Origin: Erysipelotrichaceae bacterium
Lineage (GTDB): Bacteria > Bacillota_I > Bacilli_A > Erysipelotrichales > Erysipelotrichaceae
DNA length: 32,000 nucleotides
Direction: 5' to 3'
Assembly (NCBI GenBank): GCA_030604855.1
Contig: JAUVVC010000006.1
Span: 67,672 to 99,671 of the forward strand
Part shown: positions 8,389-16,455 of the stretch, piece after piece
How positions within the stretch are numbered: position 1 is the stretch's first letter
Layout: each line of letters opens with the position of its first letter
Translations under genes and position numbers: made by a program
The notes under the pieces: generated by a model
What the model was told of the DNA's origin: nothing
Database searches by the model: none
What the model saw: the letters and a program-made list of their open reading frames with translations, nothing else

Positions 8389-9122
8389 TCTTTAGTTTGA
8401 TCATCTTAGTCTTATGGAGATTGGGTGATCCTTGGTTGAATGACCACTTGATGAACATACGCGAGAAAGACTGTGTTCGACTGGAAAATGTTCTTAAAAT
8501 CAAGTTGGACCATACCTGGATGCTGGAGCGTATCCAACGTTTGAAACATCTTCGATATGCGATTCTATTGGTCACATTCGATATTCGTTTTGCTTATCTG
8601 GTTCTCTTTGTTTGGATCTTTGTTTATAAATCACCGTATCTTCGTTTGAAACATCAAGCGCGCAAACACATTCAATTGGTGCGTTACCAATTTCCTATCT
8701 ATCTTCGTCAGCTCCAGATCCTCCTACAAAACAACACCGTTGTAAATGCGGTGGAGCAGTCGTTGGCGTATGTGCCCGAAGTGCTTAAAGACGATATCCA
8801 TGTCTTTCATTCGGCACTCTTGGAAGATTCACGTTCACTCTCCACCTACATCACACAAATGCAGGCTTACCAACTTCCTGAGATCACCCGTGCTTTCAAA
8901 TGGCTCTATCGTTACCAAAGCATTGGTTCTCAGGATGCTTATCGTCAGTTTAATCGTATGATTCTATCGACATCGAAATGGTTGCGTCAAGCACGCATCC
9001 ATCAAAAACAGAATGCCGTTGGAATATATCAATGGATGGGAATGTTGCCTCTGGTGGGTGTCACCGTGGTCTTCATTTCAGCCATGTTAAGTGTCGCACT
9101 GACACTCTTTGAAAGGGGGTGA
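8376..9122 (+). CDS. tadC: TadC-like pilus platform membrane protein (T2SS-F domain)
   Basis: AAGGAG lies 7 nt upstream and the start overlaps the tadB-like gene by 13 nt. It has N- and C-terminal TM segments flanking a helical soluble domain, and it forms the second member of a TadB/TadC-type pair. Confidence 0.6.
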   Translation: MERLIFSLIILVLWRLGDPWLNDHLMNIREKDCVRLENVLKIKLDHTWMLERIQRLKHLRYAILLVTFDIRFAYLVLFVWIFVYKSPYLRLKHQARKHIQLVRYQFPIYLRQLQILLQNNTVVNAVEQSLAYVPEVLKDDIHVFHSALLEDSRSLSTYITQMQAYQLPEITRAFKWLYRYQSIGSQDAYRQFNRMILSTSKWLRQARIHQKQNAVGIYQWMGMLPLVGVTVVFISAMLSVALTLFERG

Positions 9123-9126
9123 ACAC

Positions 9127-9270
9127 ATGAAGGCGTTTTTTGAAGAATATGGTTTGGTTTTGGTCGTAACCGTCATCGCAACAGGCATGATTACGTTCTC
9201 GGAGACATTTAAGACAACGATGCAAACAACTCTCGAAACTCAATGGTCGGAAATGACGACAGGTAGCTGA
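9127..9270 (+). CDS. flp: Flp-type (type IVb/c) pilin, 47 aa; not in the supplied ORF track
   Basis: AGGGGG RBS at about 9113-9118. Translation by hand gives MKAFFEEYGLVLVVTVIATGMITFSETFKTTMQTTLETQWSEMTTGS. The EEYGL(V/I/L) motif plus hydrophobic helix is the Flp signature (xEYGLI..). The position after tadC matches canonical tad loci. Confidence 0.6.
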   Translation: MKAFFEEYGLVLVVTVIATGMITFSETFKTTMQTTLETQWSEMTTGS

Positions 9271-9608
9271 TGAAAGGTGCATTTGAAACGGCTTTAGTGA
9301 TGTTGTTTGGCATGATGTTCATGGTTATGGGAATGGATTACATGAAGGTTGTTATGATGAATAATCAGGCACGCTTGTTGGCTGAAAGCAGTTTGGCAAT
9401 CTTGGAAAACCAAAATCGTTACGACGCAGCGGTTCAAGTCTTGATCGATCATACCAAAGACACTTGTACATCCTGCATCTTGTTGATTGAACCGCATCTC
9501 GATCATCCTGGACGTTACCGTGTCATCGTAAACTATCCGATCGAATTGAAGCATATCCGTTATCACACCATGGCGAAACTCGAGTTATTAAGCCGTCCCT
9601 TAAGTTAG
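9270..9608 (+). CDS. tadE: TadE-like pseudopilin / minor pilin
   Basis: The start overlaps the flp stop (TGATG). The N-terminus MKGAFETALVMLFGMMFMVMG resembles the TadE-family G-x-x-x-E-x-A-L hydrophobic N-terminus. Confidence 0.5.
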   Translation: MKGAFETALVMLFGMMFMVMGMDYMKVVMMNNQARLLAESSLAILENQNRYDAAVQVLIDHTKDTCTSCILLIEPHLDHPGRYRVIVNYPIELKHIRYHTMAKLELLSRPLS

Positions 9609-9630
9609 TGCAGGAATCTGCACTTTCTTT
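9607..9630 (+). terminator. Rho-independent terminator after the Tad-like locus
   Basis: A 7-bp stem AGTGCAG/CTGCACT with loop GAAT is followed by TTCTTT. It overlaps the stop codon. Confidence 0.6.
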
Positions 9631-9658
9631 GCTTGTGATTTTACGGTAAAATTGAAGC

Positions 9659-10420
9659 ATGTTAATCACCATTGATGTCGGCAATTCCAATATTGTCTGT
9701 GTAGTCTATTCCAAACTGAAAGAACGTCTTTACGATAAACGTTTTGAAACCATCAAAGAGAACATTGAGGAAGCGTATCCAACGTTTGTCAAAGAAGAGT
9801 TGTTGTTTTTAAAGGAGCGATTTGCATGTGAGGCGGTCATGTTGAGCAATGTTGTTCCCGCAATCGATCAAGTCTTAGTAAATGCTTTAAAAGAAGGTTT
9901 GGGAATCGATGTTTATCGCTGTGATTTGAGCACCGTACCAGAGTTCAAAGTGCTTTTGGAGGATCCTCGTGAACTGGGGGCGGATTTTATTGCGACCAGC
10001 TATGGTGCGATGGCAAAGTATCCTTTACCGATCATTGTAGCGGATCTCGGATCTGCGACGAAAGTAAGTGCGTTGAACCTAGAGGGTGATTTCGCAGGTG
10101 GAATCATCATGCCGGGTTTGCGAATCGCTCAAGATGCACTGAATCGTTTCATCCCACATCTCCCTCAGATTCCACTTGTCGTACCGAAATCCGTTTTGGG
10201 AAGTGATACGATCACGGCAATGCAAGCAGGTTTGATGTATTCTACGATTGATTCCGTTGAAGGCATTGCACGTAGAATCGAACTCAGTTTCAATGCAAAG
10301 TGTTCAAAAATCCTAACAGGTGGCTTGTCTGTATTGATTCATGAGGATACGGAAGACTTCGTTTATGAACCGTATTTATTGAATGAAGGCTTGTTTGAAA
10401 TCTTCCAACTTTTAAAGTGA
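9659..10420 (+). CDS. coaX: Type III pantothenate kinase
   Basis: The N-terminus MLITIDVGNSN is the CoaX hallmark. The 253 aa length and later ASKHA-fold Gly-rich segments (ADLGSATK, GGIIMPG) also fit. Confidence 0.85.
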   Translation: MLITIDVGNSNIVCVVYSKLKERLYDKRFETIKENIEEAYPTFVKEELLFLKERFACEAVMLSNVVPAIDQVLVNALKEGLGIDVYRCDLSTVPEFKVLLEDPRELGADFIATSYGAMAKYPLPIIVADLGSATKVSALNLEGDFAGGIIMPGLRIAQDALNRFIPHLPQIPLVVPKSVLGSDTITAMQAGLMYSTIDSVEGIARRIELSFNAKCSKILTGGLSVLIHEDTEDFVYEPYLLNEGLFEIFQLLK

Positions 10421-10492
10421 ATATTTTGGCTTAAAATTGCGTTTTGGACTTTACTTTGAATCGCAAATACGCTAAAATAACACTTGCCTTAT

Positions 10493-10571
10493 GGCGATCG
10501 TGGCGAAGTTGGTTAACGCACCGGATTGTGGTTCCGGCATTTCGCGGGTTCGAGCCCCGTCGGTCGCCCCA
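10493..10571 (+). tRNA. tRNA-His (GTG)
   Basis: Hand-folded cloverleaf. It has the extra G-1 opposite C73, acceptor stem GCGATCG/CGGTCGC, anticodon loop TTGTGGT, T-loop TTCGAGC, and an encoded CCA. Confidence 0.9.
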
Positions 10572-10582
10572 TTAGAGTAAAC

Positions 10583-10606
10583 AAAGAAGCAATGCTTCTT
10601 TTTTTA
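10583..10606 (+). terminator. Rho-independent terminator after tRNA-His
   Basis: The stem AGAAGC/GCTTCT is followed by a T8 run. Confidence 0.65.
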
Positions 10607-10694
10607 TCGTTTTCAGAGTGGATGTAATAGAATGTAAAATTTACATTGTGTGAAAGAAAAGTGAAAGTAAAATGACGGAATAGTGAAATAATTG

Positions 10695-10722
10695 TTGACA
10701 TGGTATTTTCATACGCTATAAT
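10695..10722 (+). promoter_or_regulatory. Sigma-A type promoter of the opp operon
   Basis: TTGACA (10695-10700), a 16-nt spacer, then TATAAT (10717-10722), about 30 nt upstream of the oppA RBS. Confidence 0.6.
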
Positions 10723-10753
10723 AACGACATATAAAGGAAAGGAAGTTGAAGAT

Positions 10754-12397
10754 ATGAAGAAAATACTGATTTTCATCTTAGCTTCGTTGTTGTTTGTCGG
10801 CTGTTCTTCTGCCACTCCAACACCTGAAGCTGCCAAAAAGGTTCTTCGTGTAGCGTATAGTGGAGATGTTCTATCCTTGGATTCAAGTGTAGCGACCGAT
10901 GGGGTTTCATTTGAAGTCCTGACCGCTTTCACGGAAGGCTTGGTAGAATACGATGCGAACGATGCAATGTTGCCTGGATCTGGGGCTGCAGAAAGTTGGG
11001 ATGTATCGGAAGATGGTTTAGAATATGTGTTTAATCTTAAGAAAGATGCTGTCTGGTCCAATGGTGATCCTGTTACAGCTCATGACTTTGTCTTCGCATG
11101 GCGTCGTTTAGCGGATCCTGCAATGGCAAATGAATACTCCATGATGATCTTGAATGCGAAGTTGAAGAATGGTGAAGCGGTTGTCGCCGGTACATTACCA
11201 TTGGATCAATTGGGCGTTGAAGCAGTTGATGACTATACTTTGAAAGTGACATTGGAGGCTCAAGTACCATGGTTCATCGCCTTGATGACCTTCCCATCCT
11301 TCTTCCCATTGAATGAAAAATTCGTTAAGGAAGCAGGAGACAACTATGCGACCGGTCCAGATTTCTTGTTATCGAACAGTGCGTTCGTATTAACAGAGTG
11401 GATCCAAGGATCGAAGATCGTCTTTGCTAAAAATGATAAATACTACGATGCGGATAAGATTGCAATCGATGGCATTGACATCACCGTAATCGCAGATCCT
11501 CAAACTGTTAAGTTACAATACGACCAAGGCAATTTGGATGTCGCTGCGATGTCCGGAGATTTGGTAAGTGGTTATGTCGGTACAGATGATTTCACTCCGA
11601 TTCGCAAAGGTTACACATGGTTCATGCCTTTCAACCAGAAATCGCCCAATGCAGCGGTCAAAAATGAGAATTTCCGCTTGGCGATTGCTTGGGCATTCGA
11701 TCGTAGCTTTATCGTTGATGAAAAATTAAATGATGGATCCATTGTTGCGGATGGCTTTGTCCCTCGTGGTTTGGCTTCAAGCGCACAAGGTGAGGATTTC
11801 CGAGATACGGCTCCGAAATACTTTGGTTACGACCCAGCGAAATCACTTGCGTATTGGGAAGCTGCTAAAGCTGAACTTGGTACTGACAAAGTGACTTTCG
11901 AACTCTTGGTGGGTACACCTGGGGATGACAGTGGTTTAGCAACCGGTGCTGCAGAATACATCAAGGCTGAAGTTGAGAAAAACATGCCTGGTGTGACTGT
12001 AAACATCAAAACCGTTCTTAAGAAAGAGCGTTTGGAATTGATGAATCCTTCACGTGGCGAATACGATGTCGCATTGACACGTTGGGGTCCTGACTATGCC
12101 GATCCTCTGACCTACCTACAAGACTTATTGGTTTCGACTTCGAATTACAACTACGGACAATGGGTTGATCCTGCTTACGATGCTTTGGTAGCGGATGTGG
12201 CTCCAGGTGGTGCATTTGCAGCGGATGCGGATGTACGTTGGGCTAAGTTGGTCGAAGTAGAAGCATATGCATTGAATAAAGCTGTTGTGGTTCCAATGTG
12301 GCAAACCGGTGCGGCAATGGTCATCAAACCAAATGTCGACGGCATTGAATACCATGTCTTAGGTTTAACCAATTACAAACGCACAACGATTAAATAA
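10754..12397 (+). CDS. oppA: Oligopeptide ABC transporter substrate-binding lipoprotein (family 5 SBP)
   Basis: ATG 10754 (MKKILIFILASLLFVGCSS, lipobox FVGC) follows AAAGGAAAGGAAG. The roughly 547 aa SBP_bac_5-like sequence, with its W/Y-rich conserved blocks, is followed by oppBCDF. Confidence 0.85.
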   Translation: MKKILIFILASLLFVGCSSATPTPEAAKKVLRVAYSGDVLSLDSSVATDGVSFEVLTAFTEGLVEYDANDAMLPGSGAAESWDVSEDGLEYVFNLKKDAVWSNGDPVTAHDFVFAWRRLADPAMANEYSMMILNAKLKNGEAVVAGTLPLDQLGVEAVDDYTLKVTLEAQVPWFIALMTFPSFFPLNEKFVKEAGDNYATGPDFLLSNSAFVLTEWIQGSKIVFAKNDKYYDADKIAIDGIDITVIADPQTVKLQYDQGNLDVAAMSGDLVSGYVGTDDFTPIRKGYTWFMPFNQKSPNAAVKNENFRLAIAWAFDRSFIVDEKLNDGSIVADGFVPRGLASSAQGEDFRDTAPKYFGYDPAKSLAYWEAAKAELGTDKVTFELLVGTPGDDSGLATGAAEYIKAEVEKNMPGVTVNIKTVLKKERLELMNPSRGEYDVALTRWGPDYADPLTYLQDLLVSTSNYNYGQWVDPAYDALVADVAPGGAFAADADVRWAKLVEVEAYALNKAVVVPMWQTGAAMVIKPNVDGIEYHVLGLTNYKRTTIK

Positions 12398-12407
12398 TGC
12401 GTGATGC

Positions 12408-12439
12408 AATGGGAACCTTCTAAAAGAGGTTCCCATTTT
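12408..12439 (+). terminator. Intercistronic stem-loop (partial terminator or mRNA stabiliser) between oppA and oppB
   Basis: An 11-bp perfect stem AATGGGAACCT/AGGTTCCCATT is followed by a short TTTTA. Confidence 0.5.
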
Positions 12440-12460
12440 ACACGATGAAAGGAGACCACT

Positions 12461-13396
12461 ATGCTTAAATTCATTACCAAACGATTCTTTTGGTCAATGG
12501 TAACTTTGTTCACAATCTTGATCCTTCTTTTTCTATTGCTCCAGTTTTTACCGGGGACTCCTTTTAATGACGAAAAACTCAGTGAGGCTTCAAAAGCTCT
12601 CTTGAATGCGAAATATGGTTTAGACCAACCGTTCTTTTCTCGATTCTACATTTATATGAAAAACATCCTTACGGAATTCGACTTTGGTATATCGTTGTCG
12701 ATTCAACGCAACTGGATGGTCAAGAATATCGTTCTTCCTCGCTTGGGTATTTCGGTTCGTATCGGACTTCAAGCGTTAGCGCTTGGAACTGGAATGGGCG
12801 TACTTTTTGGGGTCGTTTCCGCATCCAATAAGAATACTTGGTTGGACACCATGGCTACGGTTGTGGCCATCATCGGAGTCAGTATCCCGTCATATGTCTT
12901 TGCACTCCTGCTCAGCTATACTTTTGGATACAAGCTTCCATTCTTCAGTATCATCTTTGATTTCAGTGACCCGATCAAGTCATCGATCCTACCTACCATT
13001 GCTTTATCCATGTTCGTCATGGCTCAAGTGACGCGTTTTCTAAGGACGGAACTGATCGAAGTCTTAGGCTCAGATTACATCCGTTTGGTTGAAGCCAAAG
13101 GGGTCAATCGCTTCAAAGTCATTGCACGCCATGGTCTTCGCAATGCCTTGATTTCCGTCATTACGATCTTGGGACCTTTGACGGTCACCTTATTGACGGG
13201 GTCCTTGGTGGTTGAAAAAGTGTATGCGGTGCCGGGCATCGGCAGTTTATTGGTCAATGCGATTCTAACCAACGACTATAATGTCATCGTTATGATTGCC
13301 TTTGTTTACAGTGCCTTGTATATCACGATGAACTTAGTCGTAGATATTCTCTATGGCATCATCGATCCACGAATTCGTGTTGCGAAAGGAGCTTAA
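12461..13396 (+). CDS. oppB: Oligopeptide ABC transporter permease
   Basis: AAAGGAG RBS. It is a polytopic BPD_transp_1-type permease with an N-terminus typical of OppB/DppB (MLKFITKRFFWSMVTLF..LPGTPF). Confidence 0.9.
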   Translation: MLKFITKRFFWSMVTLFTILILLFLLLQFLPGTPFNDEKLSEASKALLNAKYGLDQPFFSRFYIYMKNILTEFDFGISLSIQRNWMVKNIVLPRLGISVRIGLQALALGTGMGVLFGVVSASNKNTWLDTMATVVAIIGVSIPSYVFALLLSYTFGYKLPFFSIIFDFSDPIKSSILPTIALSMFVMAQVTRFLRTELIEVLGSDYIRLVEAKGVNRFKVIARHGLRNALISVITILGPLTVTLLTGSLVVEKVYAVPGIGSLLVNAILTNDYNVIVMIAFVYSALYITMNLVVDILYGIIDPRIRVAKGA

Positions 13397-13398
13397 TC

Positions 13399-14403
13399 AT
13401 GCGTGAATATCGTAAAGAAGAATTCAAGCGATTAGAAATGCGTGAATATGCCCAACAAGAGATGTTGCTAGGAGAAGATCCTAAGTTCTTCCGTGATGCA
13501 TTCCGTCGTTTCAAGCGCAATAAAGGCGCACATGTCGCTTTATACATGATCATCTTGATTTTGACCTTGGCTGCGTTTGGTCCTTATTTTGGAGGCCATG
13601 TATACAATGAAGTCATCACCACACACATCAATCTGCCACCACGTGTTCCATTTCTTGAGAACTTTGGCCTTTTCAATGGTTTACGTATGGGTGAAAATAT
13701 TTATCTCAAAAAGGGTTTTGATGATCTCTATTATTGGTTCGGAACCGATGGTCTAGGCCGTGACCTTTGGGCACGTGTCTGGATGGGAACACGCATCTCA
13801 TTCTTGGTCGCATTCGTTGCGGTCATCATCGATGTCTTGTTTGGCATCACGTATGGTCTGGTCTCTGGCTATTTCGGTGGTAAAGTGGATCTTTTTATGC
13901 AGCGCTTTGTCGAAATCATTTCTGGGATTCCAAACTTGGTTGTGGTCATCCTCCTGGTCTTGGTTCTGAAACCAGGTCTTCAATCAATTATTTTCGCATT
14001 GATGATCACAGGCTGGATTTCCATGAGTCGCGTCGTGCGCTCACAAGTTCTAAAGCTTAAAGAGTTCGAGTTTGTCTTGGCTGCACGGACTTTAGGTGCG
14101 AATTCATTCACGATCATCTTGAAAGAAATGTTGCCGAACATCATCGGCCAGATCATCGTCATGACGATGTTCTCGATACCCAATGCCATTTTCTATGAAT
14201 CTTTCTTAGCTTTTGTTGGTCTAGGTCTACAACCCCCTTTGGCTTCCTTAGGGGTCTTGATCTCAACCGGATATCAATCACTTTTGATCTATCCGCATAT
14301 GGTCATCTTCCCCGTAGTTGTTTTATCGATCCTCATGTTGAGTTTCAATCTGGTTGCAGATGGTTTAAGGGATGCGTTTGATCCCAAAATGAAAGGGTTC
14401 TAG
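13399..14403 (+). CDS. oppC: Oligopeptide ABC transporter permease
   Basis: AAAGGAG RBS. It has an OppC-type N-terminal extension and a permease core (GTDGLGRDLWARVWMGTRISF). Confidence 0.9.
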   Translation: MREYRKEEFKRLEMREYAQQEMLLGEDPKFFRDAFRRFKRNKGAHVALYMIILILTLAAFGPYFGGHVYNEVITTHINLPPRVPFLENFGLFNGLRMGENIYLKKGFDDLYYWFGTDGLGRDLWARVWMGTRISFLVAFVAVIIDVLFGITYGLVSGYFGGKVDLFMQRFVEIISGIPNLVVVILLVLVLKPGLQSIIFALMITGWISMSRVVRSQVLKLKEFEFVLAARTLGANSFTIILKEMLPNIIGQIIVMTMFSIPNAIFYESFLAFVGLGLQPPLASLGVLISTGYQSLLIYPHMVIFPVVVLSILMLSFNLVADGLRDAFDPKMKGF

Positions 14404-14408
14404 GTGCA

Positions 14409-15485
14409 ATGATGGAAACAAATCAAATTCTTGAAGTCAAAAACCTTCAATTATCTTTCCGTTTGGATGCAGGTGTGAACCATGTCATCCGTGATATCAG
14501 CTTCAATCTGTTCAAAGGTGAAACACTTGCGATCGTCGGTGAATCGGGTTCAGGAAAATCCGTCACCACCAAAGCGATTTTAGGTTTGATTGATGACAAT
14601 GGAGCGGTTGAAGAAGGATCGATCCTCTTTCGTTTACGTGAGAACGATAAGGAAGAAATCGTCGACCTTTTACACCAATCCAAAAGCTACATGCAGAAAC
14701 ATATTCGTGGCCGAAAGATCGCCATCATCTTTCAAGATCCGATGACATCTTTGGATCCAACCATGACCATTGGCAAGCAAATCATGGAAAGCATGTTGGA
14801 ACATAAACTCGTTAAATCCAAACAAGAAGCCAAAGATCGAACGAAAGTTCTCTTGGAATTGGTTGGCATCGATCATCCTGAGAAGAGGATGAAGCAGTAT
14901 CCTCACCAATTATCCGGTGGGATGCGGCAACGCGTCGTCATTGCGATTGCCTTAGCCTGTGAACCCGATCTCTTGATTGCGGATGAACCAACAACGGCCT
15001 TGGATGTGACGATTCAGTCTCAAATATTGGAATTGATCAAGGACATTCAAAAGAAGACCGGTGTCGCCATCATCTTCATCACCCATGATTTAGGGGTCGT
15101 GGCGAATGTGGCGGATCGGGTTGCGGTCATGTATGCTGGCAAACTGGTGGAAGAAGGTTTGGCTGAAGAGATCTACTATAATCCTAAACATCCCTACACT
15201 TGGGGATTACTATCAAGCATTCCATCCATGGATTCAAAGGAAGAAGAAATCGAATCCATTCCGGGTAGTCCACCCAACCTCATCAATCCACCCAAAGGGG
15301 ATGCCTTTGCTTATCGATCCAATTATGCTTTAGCCATCGATTTCGAAGAGATTCCACCGTTCTTTAAGATCAGTGAGACTCATTCCGTGGCCAGCTGGTT
15401 GTATCATCCTATGGCTCCAAAAGTAGAGATGCCAGAAGTCTTACAAAAACGTTTAGCAAAATATCGTACGCAGAAGGAGGTTTGA
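14409..15485 (+). CDS. oppD: Oligopeptide ABC transporter ATP-binding protein
   Basis: Walker A GESGSGKS, signature LSGGMRQR, Walker [13 protein letters not shown], and the oligopeptide-type C-terminal domain (HPYTWGLL). Confidence 0.9.
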   Translation: MMETNQILEVKNLQLSFRLDAGVNHVIRDISFNLFKGETLAIVGESGSGKSVTTKAILGLIDDNGAVEEGSILFRLRENDKEEIVDLLHQSKSYMQKHIRGRKIAIIFQDPMTSLDPTMTIGKQIMESMLEHKLVKSKQEAKDRTKVLLELVGIDHPEKRMKQYPHQLSGGMRQRVVIAIALACEPDLLIADEPTTALDVTIQSQILELIKDIQKKTGVAIIFITHDLGVVANVADRVAVMYAGKLVEEGLAEEIYYNPKHPYTWGLLSSIPSMDSKEEEIESIPGSPPNLINPPKGDAFAYRSNYALAIDFEEIPPFFKISETHSVASWLYHPMAPKVEMPEVLQKRLAKYRTQKEV

Positions 15486-15486
15486 C

Positions 15487-16431
15487 ATGAGCACCAACAA
15501 CGTACTCTTAGAAGTCAAAAACTTAAAGCAATTCTTCCGAGTCGATCGTAAAACTACGACACGTGCCGTCGATGATGTCAGCTTTCACATTTATGAAGGG
15601 GAAACATTCAGTGTGGTTGGTGAATCCGGAAGTGGGAAATCCACATTGGGTCGTACCTTGATTCGAATCTACGATGGTAACAGTGGTGAAGTGACCTTCA
15701 TGGGTAAGAAGATTTCAGGTAAGCTCAATGAAGAAACCCGTCAGTTTTTAAGGAAGAACATGCAGATGATCTTTCAAGATCCGATGGCCTCCCTCAATCC
15801 CCGCAAAAAGGTTTTGGATACGGTCGCTTTTGGTTTGGATGTCAATAAGATGACAAGCTCTGCAGAAGAGCGCAAGGAACGTGTCTTGGAGGTTCTGAAG
15901 TCCGTAGGGCTTCATGAGGATCATCTCAATCGTTTCCCTCATCAATTTTCAGGGGGACAACGTCAACGTATTGGGGTTGCACGTGCTTTGGTTCTACAAC
16001 CGAAGTTCATCATTGCGGATGAAATCATCTCAGCACTCGATGTGTCCATCCAGGCTCAAGTCATCAACTTGATGAAGAAGCTTCAACGTGAAATGGGTTT
16101 GACCTATATGTTCATTGCCCATGATTTGTCCATGGTCCGCTACATCTCCGATCGTGTCGCCGTCATGCATGTCGGACACATCGTTGAGATGGGAACGGTG
16201 GATGATGTCTATAACAATCCCATGCATCCGTATACCCGATCTTTGTTGTCGGCGATTCCGCATCCGGATCCCGTTCGTGAAAAAAGCCGTAAACGTTTCG
16301 TCTACGACATCTCAAATGTTATTTACAATGATTCGCATATGAAGAAGTTGAGTGATACCCATTCCGTATTGACCACGGATAAGGATTTTGAAATGTGGTC
16401 CAAAGGGGATTATTCATTAAGTCTAAAATAA
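15487..16431 (+). CDS. oppF: Oligopeptide ABC transporter ATP-binding protein
   Basis: GAAGGAGG RBS. Walker A GESGSGKS, signature FSGGQRQR, Walker B FIIADEIISALD, C-terminal HPYTRSLL. Confidence 0.9.
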   Translation: MSTNNVLLEVKNLKQFFRVDRKTTTRAVDDVSFHIYEGETFSVVGESGSGKSTLGRTLIRIYDGNSGEVTFMGKKISGKLNEETRQFLRKNMQMIFQDPMASLNPRKKVLDTVAFGLDVNKMTSSAEERKERVLEVLKSVGLHEDHLNRFPHQFSGGQRQRIGVARALVLQPKFIIADEIISALDVSIQAQVINLMKKLQREMGLTYMFIAHDLSMVRYISDRVAVMHVGHIVEMGTVDDVYNNPMHPYTRSLLSAIPHPDPVREKSRKRFVYDISNVIYNDSHMKKLSDTHSVLTTDKDFEMWSKGDYSLSLK

Positions 16432-16455
16432 AACCGAGTTAATTCTCGGTTTTTT
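16429..16455. terminator. Bidirectional terminator between oppF and the convergent lapA-like gene
   Basis: The stem AAACCGAG/CTCGGTTT with loop TTAATT is flanked by an A-run upstream and T5 downstream. Confidence 0.7.

Noticed and set aside
5541-10606. The Tad locus as a tRNA-His-associated genomic island
   Set aside because: There is no integrase, recombinase or transposase, and I found no direct repeat of the tRNA-His 3' end near the left boundary (5541-5621). The housekeeping gene coaX lies between the locus and the tRNA. I could not compute composition, so horizontal origin remains untested rather than supported.
10606-10622. CodY-box-like TTTTCAGA upstream of opp
   Set aside because: Only the central 8 of the 15 positions of the AATTTTCWGAAAATT consensus match, and the flanks do not. 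It also overlaps the T-tract of the tRNA-His terminator.
10513-11061. A 182 aa ORF on the minus strand
   Set aside because: It spans tRNA-His, a terminator, the opp promoter and the 5' end of oppA. The translation is low-complexity and it is not a plausible gene.
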